This document shows positions 17,534-26,831 of a DNA stretch of 64,000 nucleotides, piece by piece. Numbering within the stretch: position 1 is the first letter of the stretch; the number at the start of each line of letters is the position of its first letter. Origin of the DNA: a bacterium (lineage in GTDB: Bacteria; Zhuqueibacterota; Zhuqueibacteria; Residuimicrobiales; Krinioviventaceae); assembly GCA_963675755.2 (NCBI GenBank), contig CAXXMD010000002.1:1344001-1408000 (forward strand), read 5' to 3'. The notes below the pieces were generated by a model. It was given only the letters and a program-made list of their open reading frames with translations, did no database searches and was not told the origin of the DNA. Made by a program: the position numbers and the translations under genes.

Positions 17534-18844
17534 CTACATTTCCCACAAATACTCTTTAAAGTCCTCAAAATCCTTGCCCATTTTTTCTGACAGTTTGGTG
17601 AGTACTTTTAATTTCTCGAGTGCATCGGGGAGTTGATACGCGGTATCAAGCGCGCGATTGACTATTTCCTGAAACTTGCCGGGATGCGCAGTTGAAAGCA
17701 CAATGGATGGAGTTTCAGTATTTCCAGCAATTGTTTTACGATACCTCTGCAACGCTTGTACTCCCACAGCCGTATGCGGATCAATTACATAGTCAAACTG
17801 ATCTTTGGTTTCCCTCATTGTTGCAAGAGTGGTTTCGTCATCAACCGTGGTGGTCCACAATTTATTTGTTATCGTATCATAATCGTCTTTGTAGAGCGCA
17901 CGAATACGTTCCCAGTTACTGGGATTCCCTACATCCATTGCATTGGACAAGGTGGCTACAGAAGGACGTGGACTGTATTCATGGGTTTCAAAGTACTCGG
18001 GGATCACACTGTTATTGTTAACAGCAGCAATATATTGTTTCACTGGCAAGCCCATTTCCCAGCCAAACAATCCGGCGGTCAAGTTGCCAAAATTACCGCT
18101 TGGTACACAAACCACAACATCCGATTTACGTTGGGCATATACCTGGAGAACACTCCAGAAATAATAAAAGGATTGTGGTATCAACCGTCCGATATTGATA
18201 GAATTGGCAGAACTGAGGGTCATTTTATCACGGAGGTCCTTGTCCGCAAAAGCTTTTTTCACCAGTGCCTGACAATCGTCAAAAGTACCGTCAATTTCAA
18301 GGGCCTGAATATTATCACCCAGTGTAGTAAATTGTTTTTCCTGCAAGGGACTCACTTTACCGGAAGGATAAAGCAACACAATCCGTACTCCCGGTACGTT
18401 ATGGTATGCATGCGCTACCGCACTGCCGGTATCACCGGAGGTTGCAACCAGAATTGTTATCTCGCGGTGTTCATGCTGTACAAAATAAGACATGGAACGC
18501 GCCATAAACTGGGCACCAAAATCCTTGAACGACAAGGTAGGTCCATGAAATAATTCGAGTATTTGGGTATGCTCGTCAAGCGTATAAAGTTCAGGCGCAA
18601 AATGATAGGCGTTATTAATTATCTCTTCCAGGCCGGATTGAGGTATCTCGTCCAGCAGATATTTACCTGCCACAGCAAGGGCAAGTTCTTTATAGCTATA
18701 GGAAGACCAGGATAACAACTCATCACGCGATACCGATGGCAGCTGCACCGGCATATATAGTCCACGATCTTTGGCCTGTCCCTGAAACAAGGCATCATGA
18801 AAACTGACAATATGTGAAGAATCTTGAGTACTGTATAATTTCAT
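17534..18844 (-). CDS. thrC: Threonine synthase
   Basis: LELFHGPTLSFKDFG (PLP lysine), ATSGDTG, SANSINIGR, PSGNFGN, STAHPGKF. Confidence 0.97.
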   Translation of the reverse strand: MKLYSTQDSSHIVSFHDALFQGQAKDRGLYMPVQLPSVSRDELLSWSSYSYKELALAVAGKYLLDEIPQSGLEEIINNAYHFAPELYTLDEHTQILELFHGPTLSFKDFGAQFMARSMSYFVQHEHREITILVATSGDTGSAVAHAYHNVPGVRIVLLYPSGKVSPLQEKQFTTLGDNIQALEIDGTFDDCQALVKKAFADKDLRDKMTLSSANSINIGRLIPQSFYYFWSVLQVYAQRKSDVVVCVPSGNFGNLTAGLFGWEMGLPVKQYIAAVNNNSVIPEYFETHEYSPRPSVATLSNAMDVGNPSNWERIRALYKDDYDTITNKLWTTTVDDETTLATMRETKDQFDYVIDPHTAVGVQALQRYRKTIAGNTETPSIVLSTAHPGKFQEIVNRALDTAYQLPDALEKLKVLTKLSEKMGKDFEDFKEYLWEM

Positions 18845-18861
18845 TTGGTTCTAATTCCGTT

Positions 18862-21300
18862 TTATGATAAATGAAAAGCAAGACTGATTATATCTGCAAA
18901 CACACCACCGGCGGTCACTTCACGTCCGGCTCCGGGGCCCTGCACAATGAGCGGATTTTCGTTATACCGTTCAGTCGTGATCTGGATTATATTGTCCGTA
19001 GCACCGGATTGAGCAAGTGCGCTGCTCAAAGGAACTTCTTCAACAGCTACACGACAGCCGTCTTTATCCAACTTTGCAATATATCGCAAAGCCATGCCTT
19101 TTTTTTCCGCTTCCTGTCTGCGTTTTTCAAAGGGTTCATCAACAGATGGCAACTTTTCCCAAAATTCTGGTAAAGTTATATCTGTAAAATCATCTGTAAG
19201 CAAAGATTGTACTTTAACATTATCCAGTTCCATTTTCAAACCAATCTCACGTCCCAGAATCAGTAATTTACGTCCTACATCCATACCTGAAAGGTCATCA
19301 CGTGGATCCGGTTCGGTAAATCCTTTGTCATGCGCTTCCTTGACCACCTCACTAAAAGAACGATCTTTGGAAATGGTATTGAACAAATAGCTCATAGTTC
19401 CGGAGAGGATACCTTCAATCTTGTAAATCTTGTCACCACTGTTGAGCAGATTTTTTATGGTACCAATCAATGGCAAGCCCGCACCCACAGTAGTTTCGTA
19501 ATAATAGTGTAAACGATGATCTTTAACAAGGTCCATGATCTTGTCGTAATAATCCTGTTCCATGGTATTGGCTTTTTTATTAGGAGTTACGATATGGATA
19601 CCGGAAGAAATAATGGCTTCATAATAACTGGCAATGGTTGTGCTTGCAGTTACATCTACCAGAATTGAATTTGCAAGCTCAAGGCTATGGATCTGCTCAA
19701 GCAGTTGTTTGAGTGAAAAAGCATCTTTGGAATTGTCCAACTGCTCACGCCAATTATCAAGATTAATGCCTTTTTCATTAAAGATCATCCGCTTGCTGTT
19801 GGTAATACCGCAAATATTTAAATGCAGATTATTTTCAGAAACGAGCTGCGCCTGTTTTTCACGGATTTGCTCAATCAGGGTTGTACCGATAGATCCGGCA
19901 CCAATAATAAATACATTAGAAATGCGATGGGACAGATAAAATGCGCTATGCATTACATTAACCGCTTTTTCCGCCTCTCCCTTGTTGACCACAAGCGATA
20001 CATTCCTCTCACTCGATCCCTGTGCAATTGCACGCACATTGACCGAGTTTCTTCCCAATGCGCCAAACAACTTGCCGGAAATACCCGGAGTACCGGCCAT
20101 GTTTTCTCCAACAGCAGCAATAATTGACAAATCATCGGTGCGGTCAATCTTGTCGATTTTACCGGAAAACAATTCAGCTTCAAATTCCAGTTCAAGCGTC
20201 TTGCATGCATCCTTGGCCTGAGAAGAAAGAATAGCAAAACTGATGCTATGTTCAGAAGAAGCCTGGGTTATCATTACAACATTAATATTCTGTCTTGCCA
20301 GAGCGCTAAAAAGTCTACCCGCTATACCGGGCACACCAACCATACCTCCACCCTGTAAGTTAATGAGAGAAATCCCATTAAACGATGCAATTCCTTTGAC
20401 CGGATGTTCAAAATCGCCCTTGTCCGGTGAGATAACCGTTCCGGGATTATCAGGAGCAAAGCTATTTTTGATCAATACAGGAATATCTTTTTTTATAGCC
20501 GGTACCATAGTTTGTGGGTGGATCACTTTGGCACCGAAATAAGACAATTCCATTGCCTCTTCATAACTCACACGCGGTAAAACAAAAGCGTCTTTTACCA
20601 TACGTGGGTCAGCGCTCATAAATCCGTCAACATCTGTCCAAATTTCAATTTGGTCCACCTGAAGTGCAGCACCAAACAAGGATGCGGTATAATCAGATCC
20701 GCCACGTCCCAAAGTTGTGGTAATGCCTTCACCAGTTGAACCAATAAAGCCTGTTACTATATATATTTTATTTTCAGTAATACGATTTTTAATGGCCTTG
20801 TAAGATTCTTCAAATAAAACACGGGCACCGCCATGTACATTATTTGTAAATAAAACCTCTCGTGAATCGAGATATTCTGCGTCAAAACCTCTGTCAATCA
20901 GCAATTGTGTCATGAGCTGACAATTAAAACGTTCACCAAAACTGACGGTGTAATCCATGGTCCTTAATGAACATTCATGTACCAGGCTGACACCCTTTAA
21001 CAAGTCATACAATTCGGTAAACATGGCTTCAACGGATTCATCAATCGATTTGTTCTTCAGTTCGTTGGGGTAAACCTGCTGGTGTTTCTCCCGAATCTGT
21101 TGCAGATATTCTCTGCCTTTATTTCCATCTTTTTCAGCAGTTTGCGCTGCCTGAATGAGCATATCGGTAATACCGCCGATTGCAGAAAGTACCACAACCA
21201 GTGGACCTTTATTGAAATTGGATGTTACAATATCTGCAACATTATTCACTCGTTCACGTGTAGCAAGGGACGATCCGCCAAATTTCATAACTTTTAACAT
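18862..21300 (-). CDS. thrA: Bifunctional aspartate kinase / homoserine dehydrogenase I
   Basis: KFGGSS, TTLGRGGSDY, two ACT domains (QASSEHSI, QGSSERNV), GAGSIG, EPDPRDDLSG, GPGAG. Confidence 0.96.
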   Translation of the reverse strand: MLKVMKFGGSSLATRERVNNVADIVTSNFNKGPLVVVLSAIGGITDMLIQAAQTAEKDGNKGREYLQQIREKHQQVYPNELKNKSIDESVEAMFTELYDLLKGVSLVHECSLRTMDYTVSFGERFNCQLMTQLLIDRGFDAEYLDSREVLFTNNVHGGARVLFEESYKAIKNRITENKIYIVTGFIGSTGEGITTTLGRGGSDYTASLFGAALQVDQIEIWTDVDGFMSADPRMVKDAFVLPRVSYEEAMELSYFGAKVIHPQTMVPAIKKDIPVLIKNSFAPDNPGTVISPDKGDFEHPVKGIASFNGISLINLQGGGMVGVPGIAGRLFSALARQNINVVMITQASSEHSISFAILSSQAKDACKTLELEFEAELFSGKIDKIDRTDDLSIIAAVGENMAGTPGISGKLFGALGRNSVNVRAIAQGSSERNVSLVVNKGEAEKAVNVMHSAFYLSHRISNVFIIGAGSIGTTLIEQIREKQAQLVSENNLHLNICGITNSKRMIFNEKGINLDNWREQLDNSKDAFSLKQLLEQIHSLELANSILVDVTASTTIASYYEAIISSGIHIVTPNKKANTMEQDYYDKIMDLVKDHRLHYYYETTVGAGLPLIGTIKNLLNSGDKIYKIEGILSGTMSYLFNTISKDRSFSEVVKEAHDKGFTEPDPRDDLSGMDVGRKLLILGREIGLKMELDNVKVQSLLTDDFTDITLPEFWEKLPSVDEPFEKRRQEAEKKGMALRYIAKLDKDGCRVAVEEVPLSSALAQSGATDNIIQITTERYNENPLIVQGPGAGREVTAGGVFADIISLAFHLS

Positions 21301-21392
21301 ATGCTTGTTCCTTTATATCCAGACAGTAAAACTAGTTTTTTTAAAACATTCCATTACTGAATTTAAATTCCGGTTAATTAAAAAATAATAAA

Positions 21393-21474
21393 CCCTGATA
21401 AAATTGTATACTGTGTCGGTTGTCCACACTTGGGTATGAAAAAGGCACAAAACCTGTGCCTCAAATTTTCAGGG
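21393..21474 (-). promoter_or_regulatory. Structured 5' leader of thrA (possible attenuator)
   Basis: Internal terminator-like hairpin AGGCACA-GGTTT-TGTGCCT-TTTT (21439-21461), enclosed by an outer stem CCCTGAAAATT / AATTTTATCAGGG that is followed by a T-rich tail. Confidence 0.4.
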
Positions 21475-21501
21475 GAGTTGGAACATTAAATTTTGACTTT
21501 T

Positions 21502-21530
21502 AATTTAGTTCGAATCTGTAAAAATGTCAA
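21502..21530 (-). promoter_or_regulatory. Sigma-70 promoter for thrAC
   Basis: TTGACA-N17-TAAATT on the minus strand; the same pattern occurs at 30724-30752. Confidence 0.6.
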
Positions 21531-21576
21531 GTAAAAAAATAAAAACTTGATTGATGAAATTTGAGGAAGGAATTAA

Positions 21577-21596
21577 GCCCGGAAAAATTTCCGGGC
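21577..21596 (-). terminator. Hairpin/terminator after the acyl-CoA dehydrogenase gene
   Basis: GCCCGGAAA-AA-TTTCCGGGC, about 10 nt past the stop codon. Confidence 0.7.
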
Positions 21597-21605
21597 CATT
21601 AAAAT

Positions 21606-22766
21606 TTATCTACCAGCTTTTGCAGCTTCACGAATGAGTTTTGCTGCAACCACACCACGCTGGATCTGGTTTGTGCCTTCATAGATCTGGGTGATCTTGG
21701 CGTCACGCATATACTTTTCAATAGGATAATCTTTCATATATCCATAACCACCAAAGATTTGTACAGCATCGGTGGTAACTTTCATGGCAACATCTCCGGC
21801 AAAAAGTTTAGCCATTGCAGATTCTTTACCAAAATCTTTAATACCCGCATCAACCATCTTTGCAGTACCATACACCAATGCGCGTGCGGCTTCAACCTGG
21901 GTTGCCATATCGGCAAGCATAAACTGAATTGCCTGAAATGAAGAAATACTTTGGCCAAACTGTTTACGTTCTCTTGAATAACGAACAGCATGGTCCAGCG
22001 CACCTGCGGCAATACCAACAGCCTGAGCTGCAACACCAGGACGGGATTTATCAAGAGTCTTCATAGCAACCATAAAACCCTGACCCTCTTTACCAATCAA
22101 ATTTTCTTTGGGGATTCTACAATCCTGGAATACAACTTCACAAGTTGCTGAAGCACGGATACCCATTTTGTCTTCTTTTTTTCCGAATTCAAGACCGGGA
22201 GTTCCTTCTTCTACTATAAACGCAGAAGCACCGCGAGATCCTTTTGTGGGATCTGTCTGAGCAATGACCGTATAATATTTTGCAACACCACCATTGGTAA
22301 TAAAATGTTTGGTGCCGTTGAGGACATAATAATCACCATCTTTTTTAGCAGTGGTCTGAATACCACCAGCATCTGAACCAGCTTCAGGTTCAGTTAAACA
22401 AAAAGCGGCTAAAGCTTCGCCGCTGGCAAGATCCGGCAAGTATTTTTTCTTTTGCTCATCATTACCGGAAATCAGTACGGGAAAGGTCCCAAGGGCGGTA
22501 CCTGCCAGCGCCAGTGCAATACCTCCGCATGCTTTGGAAAATTCTTCGGTTACCAGCGCCATCTCGGTAATACCACCACCAAGACCTTCATATTCTTCAG
22601 GAATCCATAAACGAAAGAAATCCATACGAGCCATTTCTTTTACAACCGGCCATGGGAATTCAGCTTTTGCATCATATTCGGCGGCAACCGGCGCGATTTT
22701 GCCCTGGGCAAATTCACGCGCAAGCTCTTGAAAGGCTTCCTGTTCTTCTGTTAAAAAATAATTCAT
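21606..22766 (-). CDS. Acyl-CoA dehydrogenase (short/branched-chain type)
   Basis: AFCLTEPEAGSD, LNGTKHFITNG, KMGIRAS, RKQFG, QIFGGYGY, IYEGTNQIQR. Confidence 0.95.
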   Translation of the reverse strand: MNYFLTEEQEAFQELAREFAQGKIAPVAAEYDAKAEFPWPVVKEMARMDFFRLWIPEEYEGLGGGITEMALVTEEFSKACGGIALALAGTALGTFPVLISGNDEQKKKYLPDLASGEALAAFCLTEPEAGSDAGGIQTTAKKDGDYYVLNGTKHFITNGGVAKYYTVIAQTDPTKGSRGASAFIVEEGTPGLEFGKKEDKMGIRASATCEVVFQDCRIPKENLIGKEGQGFMVAMKTLDKSRPGVAAQAVGIAAGALDHAVRYSRERKQFGQSISSFQAIQFMLADMATQVEAARALVYGTAKMVDAGIKDFGKESAMAKLFAGDVAMKVTTDAVQIFGGYGYMKDYPIEKYMRDAKITQIYEGTNQIQRGVVAAKLIREAAKAGR

Positions 22767-22778
22767 AACCCAATCCTC

Positions 22779-23534
22779 TTAGATAACATTCATAGATAAT
22801 AAAGATTCTTTTGCGGCCTGCTGTTCTGCATCCTTTTTAGAATGTCCCTTACCTACTCCTTGTTTTTTACCATCAATTACAGCAGCAACAGTAAAAACTT
22901 TGAGATGATCAGGACCGTTTTCTTCTTCTATTACGTATCTCGGACCTTTAAGGTTAAAGCTCTGGCAATATTCCTGAAGGATACTTTTGTAATTCTTGTG
23001 CTGTCCCTTTTTTAATATTTCATCCAGCCGAACCGCAATATGTTTCAAAACAAATCGTTTTGCGTTTTCCAATCCACCATCAAGATAAATAGCTCCAATA
23101 ATGGCTTCAACCGCATCAGAAAGAATGGATTCACGTTTTCTTCCACCTGAACGTTCTTCCGCTTCGTTCAACAGCATATACTTGCCTAATCCAAAATCCT
23201 TACCCACTCGAGACAATACTTTGCGATTAACCAGCAATGACTTGTAATTGGTAAGGATCCCTTCTTCCTCATGGGGGTATTTGAGGTAAAGATATTCAGT
23301 GATAATAAGGCCAAGCACAGAATCTCCAAGCAATTCTAACCGTTCATTCGATTCGATTCGCTCTTCACCTGTACAGGTTAAATACGATCTGTGCTTAAGC
23401 GCTTGGGTCAAAATGTCGATGTTACTAAAATTATGATTTAAACGTACGCAAAGCTCTGATAATGAAACCTGAGAATGTTTTTCAAAACGCTTAATACGAA
23501 GCATTCTGAAAAACGACAAAAAATTACTATTCAT
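22779..23534 (-). CDS. rnc: Ribonuclease III
   Basis: NERLELLGDSVL signature, DAVEAIIGAIYLD, dsRBD (GKGHSKKDAEQQAA). Likely start is ATG 23534. Confidence 0.95.
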   Translation of the reverse strand: MNSNFLSFFRMLRIKRFEKHSQVSLSELCVRLNHNFSNIDILTQALKHRSYLTCTGEERIESNERLELLGDSVLGLIITEYLYLKYPHEEEGILTNYKSLLVNRKVLSRVGKDFGLGKYMLLNEAEERSGGRKRESILSDAVEAIIGAIYLDGGLENAKRFVLKHIAVRLDEILKKGQHKNYKSILQEYCQSFNLKGPRYVIEEENGPDHLKVFTVAAVIDGKKQGVGKGHSKKDAEQQAAKESLLSMNVI

Positions 23535-23539
23535 AGAAA

Positions 23540-24784
23540 CTATTCTGCATACTTTTTGAACGCCAGACACACATTATGTCCGCCAAAGCCCAAAGAATTT
23601 GACAAAGCAACGTTCACTTGTTTTTCCAAAGGTTTATTGGGAACATAGTTTAAATCACAATCGGGGTCCGGAGTTGTATAATTGATTGTTGGATGTATTA
23701 TACTGTTTTGTATAGTTAACAAGGTTGCAATGGCTTCACACGCACCAGATGCACCCAGTAAATGTCCTATCATAGATTTAGTAGAACTGACATGCATTTT
23801 ATACGCATGTTCGCCAAAACAACTTTTTAATGCAGCTGTTTCAGTTTTATCATTCAGCGGTGTAGATGTACCATGAGCATTATAGTAATCTACGGTTTCC
23901 GGTTCAATTCCACCATCAGCCATTGCCAATTTCATCGCACGAACTGAACCTTCACCACCTGGTGCAGGCTGAGTTATATGATAAGCATCGGCAGTAAAAC
24001 CAGTACCTGCAATTTCACCATAAATTTTTGCACCTCGGGCTTTGGCATGTTCCAGTTCTTCAAGTAAAAGCACTGCGCCACCTTCACCCATTACAAAGCC
24101 ATCACGTTCAAGATCGAAAGGACGACTTGCAATTTCTGGTGCTTCATTTCTTGTTGAAATCGCTTTTGCGGAATTGAATCCTGCGATACCCATTTTATTA
24201 ATAGGTGCTTCACTACCACCAGCCAATACCGCATCTGCTTTTCCATAACGAATATGATGAAAAGCTTCACCGATTGCGTGTGATGAAGATGCACACGCAG
24301 AAATTGTAGAATAATTTACTCCTTTAAGACCATACAACATGGAAATGTAACCAGGGGCTATATCTGCTATCAGCATGGGAATAAATAAGGGACTAACCTT
24401 ACGGGGGCCGCCTTCTAACAATTTGGTGCATTCCTGTTCATAAGTGATCATACCTCCAATACCTGAAGATACAATAACACCAATGCGTTCTCTATCCGTT
24501 GATTCAAAATCAATACCGGAATCTTTGACTGCATCAATTGCAGAAGCCATGGCAAAATGGGTAAAACGGTCCATTCTGCGAGCTTCTCTTTTCTCAATAT
24601 AATTGGTTATATCAAAATCTTTAACTTCAGCGGCAAATTTAGTTTTAAAATCTGTTGCGTCAAAAAGAGTAATAGGGCCGACTCCACTTTTTCCTGCTAT
24701 CAGATTGTTCCAATACTCTTCGAGGTTTTGCCCTAAGGGATTAATCGTACCCATACCGGTTACGACTACTCTTTTTAATTCCAT
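23540..24784 (-). CDS. fabF: 3-oxoacyl-ACP synthase II
   Basis: RVVVTGMG, SACASS (catalytic Cys), NAHGTST, KSMIGHLLG, GFGGHN. Confidence 0.97.
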   Translation of the reverse strand: MELKRVVVTGMGTINPLGQNLEEYWNNLIAGKSGVGPITLFDATDFKTKFAAEVKDFDITNYIEKREARRMDRFTHFAMASAIDAVKDSGIDFESTDRERIGVIVSSGIGGMITYEQECTKLLEGGPRKVSPLFIPMLIADIAPGYISMLYGLKGVNYSTISACASSSHAIGEAFHHIRYGKADAVLAGGSEAPINKMGIAGFNSAKAISTRNEAPEIASRPFDLERDGFVMGEGGAVLLLEELEHAKARGAKIYGEIAGTGFTADAYHITQPAPGGEGSVRAMKLAMADGGIEPETVDYYNAHGTSTPLNDKTETAALKSCFGEHAYKMHVSSTKSMIGHLLGASGACEAIATLLTIQNSIIHPTINYTTPDPDCDLNYVPNKPLEKQVNVALSNSLGFGGHNVCLAFKKYAE

Positions 24785-24836
24785 ATTTTCCTCACTAATT
24801 GTGTTACTTGTAAGTAACTATTGAGATAATAAATGA

Positions 24837-24869
24837 CAACAACGGGGTATAAATATACCACCGTTGTTG
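24837..24869 (-). terminator. Hairpin between acpP and fabF
   Basis: CAACAACGG...CCGTTGTTG inverted repeat. A partial terminator or stabiliser would fit the usual excess of acpP transcript. Confidence 0.55.
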
Positions 24870-24883
24870 CTAAATAATCATCT

Positions 24884-25120
24884 CTAACTTTCCAGATTTG
24901 CTTTAAGGTATTTAAGTGCATCACCAACGCTGGTCAGTTTTTCAGCTTCTTCATCGGGGATTTCAAGGCCAAATTCTTCTTCAAATGCCATAACTAATTC
25001 TACGGTATCCAAAGAATCTGCACCTAAATCATCAATAAATGATGCTTCCGGGGTAACTTCACTTGCGTCAACACCCAACTGTTCAACGATGATTTCTTTT
25101 ACCTTATCTTCTACAGCCAT
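24884..25120 (-). CDS. acpP: Acyl carrier protein
   Basis: [20 protein letters not shown]. Confidence 0.98.
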   Translation of the reverse strand: MAVEDKVKEIIVEQLGVDASEVTPEASFIDDLGADSLDTVELVMAFEEEFGLEIPDEEAEKLTSVGDALKYLKANLES

Positions 25121-25160
25121 TTTTTCCTCCTGAATTAGGGTTTATTTCGTATTAACTTGT

Positions 25161-25904
25161 TTACATGACCATGCCGCCATCAACATTGATTACCTGTCCT
25201 GTTACATAATCTGACATAGGACTTGATAAAAACAATGTGATATTGGCAACATCTTCCGGGGTTCCCGGTTTTTTTAAGGGAATTACGTTTAAAAATGCTT
25301 CTTTTGCAGCATCTGAAAGTACATGGGTCATTTCGGTTTCAATGTAACCCGGTGCAATGGCATTTACTTGAATATTTCTTGAACCAAATTCTTTTGCAAC
25401 GGATTTTGTTAAACCAATAACACCAGCTTTTGATGCTGAATAGTTTGCTTGTCCGGCATTACCCATAACACCTACAACAGACGCCATGTTGATAATCTTT
25501 CCGGATCTCTGTTTCATCAAAGGCTTGGTAGCTGCCTTGATACAGTTAAAAGTACCTTTAAGATTAACCTCAATTACAGAATCCCATGAAGCTTCATCCA
25601 TACGCATGATGAGATTATCACGGGTAATTCCGGCATTGTTAACCAGAATATCGAATTTACCAAAAGCATCTATGGACTGTTTTACAAGTTCTTCGGCATC
25701 TGCCAAACTTGCAACATTGGTTTTAACAGCTATTGCTTTTTGTCCCAATGCTTCAATTTCTTTTGCACATGCTTTAGCGCCATCCAAATCAATATCAGAC
25801 ACTACAATATCGCAGCCTTCAGATGCAAGCTTGAGACATATAGATTTCCCAATGCCTCTTGCACCACCTGTAACAATGGCTACTTTATTTTCCAATTGTT
25901 TCAC
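25161..25904 (-). CDS. fabG: 3-oxoacyl-ACP reductase
   Basis: TGGARGIG, NNAGITRD, YSASK. Confidence 0.97.
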   Translation of the reverse strand: MKQLENKVAIVTGGARGIGKSICLKLASEGCDIVVSDIDLDGAKACAKEIEALGQKAIAVKTNVASLADAEELVKQSIDAFGKFDILVNNAGITRDNLIMRMDEASWDSVIEVNLKGTFNCIKAATKPLMKQRSGKIINMASVVGVMGNAGQANYSASKAGVIGLTKSVAKEFGSRNIQVNAIAPGYIETEMTHVLSDAAKEAFLNVIPLKKPGTPEDVANITLFLSSPMSDYVTGQVINVDGGMVM

Positions 25905-25907
25905 GAT

Positions 25908-26831
25908 TTATTCCTCTTGTGCTTGTATTTGTTCTAAACTGCTTATAGTAACGGTAGATAAAGTGCGATCAATGCGTCTGTTCAAACCGGTTAATACATT
26001 ACCGGGACCAACTTCATAAAAGGTTTCAACGCCATTCTTGGCCATTTCCTGTATAGTCTGGGTCCATAATACGGGACTAGACAGTTGACTGGCTAATAAT
26101 TTTCTAATTTCTGCTACATCGTTGGCTTTTTTGGCAGTTACGTTTGAGTAAAGATCAATTTGCGGTTCTTTAAAATCAACAGCATCCAGATGTTGATTAA
26201 ATTCATCCAATGCCGGCTCCATTAATGGTGAATGAAACGCTCCACTTACCTTGAGTTCAATTGCTCGTTTGGCACCATTTTCCTGTGCCAGTTGAATTGC
26301 AGCTTGCACACCTTCAATAGTACCAGAAATAACAACCTGCCCAGGAGAATTGTAATTTGCTACGCCAACAACACCATTATCGGATGCTTGTTTACAAACA
26401 GCTTCAACCTGCTCAGTTTCCATTCCAATAATAGCAGCCATGGTACCTTTTTGATAATCAGATGCATTTTGCATCAATGTTCCACGCTTTTGAACAATTT
26501 CCAAACCACTTTTAAAATCAAGAGAACCGGCAGCGGCAAGAGCGGAAAATTCGCCCAAACTGTGTCCAGCAACCATACTGGGTTTAACATTTCGTTCAGA
26601 TAAAAGTTCAAACATAATAAAACTATGAACAAAAATTGCCGGTTGCGTAAAGCTGGTGATGTTTAATTGATCTTCCGGTCCATTGAAACACAATTCTGCC
26701 AGATCATATCCTAAAATATCACTGGCCTGTTGAAAGCGTTCTCGAACAGAATCGAATGCATCATACACATCCTTACCCATTCCAACAAACTGGGAACCTT
26801 GTCCCGGAAATATAAAAGCTAATTTACTCAA
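25908..26831 (-). CDS. fabD: Malonyl-CoA:ACP transacylase
   Basis: FPGQGSQ, GHSLGE, SGAFHS, EVGPG. Confidence 0.97.
   Translation of the reverse strand: MSKLAFIFPGQGSQFVGMGKDVYDAFDSVRERFQQASDILGYDLAELCFNGPEDQLNITSFTQPAIFVHSFIMFELLSERNVKPSMVAGHSLGEFSALAAAGSLDFKSGLEIVQKRGTLMQNASDYQKGTMAAIIGMETEQVEAVCKQASDNGVVGVANYNSPGQVVISGTIEGVQAAIQLAQENGAKRAIELKVSGAFHSPLMEPALDEFNQHLDAVDFKEPQIDLYSNVTAKKANDVAEIRKLLASQLSSPVLWTQTIQEMAKNGVETFYEVGPGNVLTGLNRRIDRTLSTVTISSLEQIQAQEE

Noticed and set aside
21469-21486. Classical thrL leader peptide
   Set aside because: The short ORF here (MFQLP) has no Thr or Ile codons and no clear RBS.
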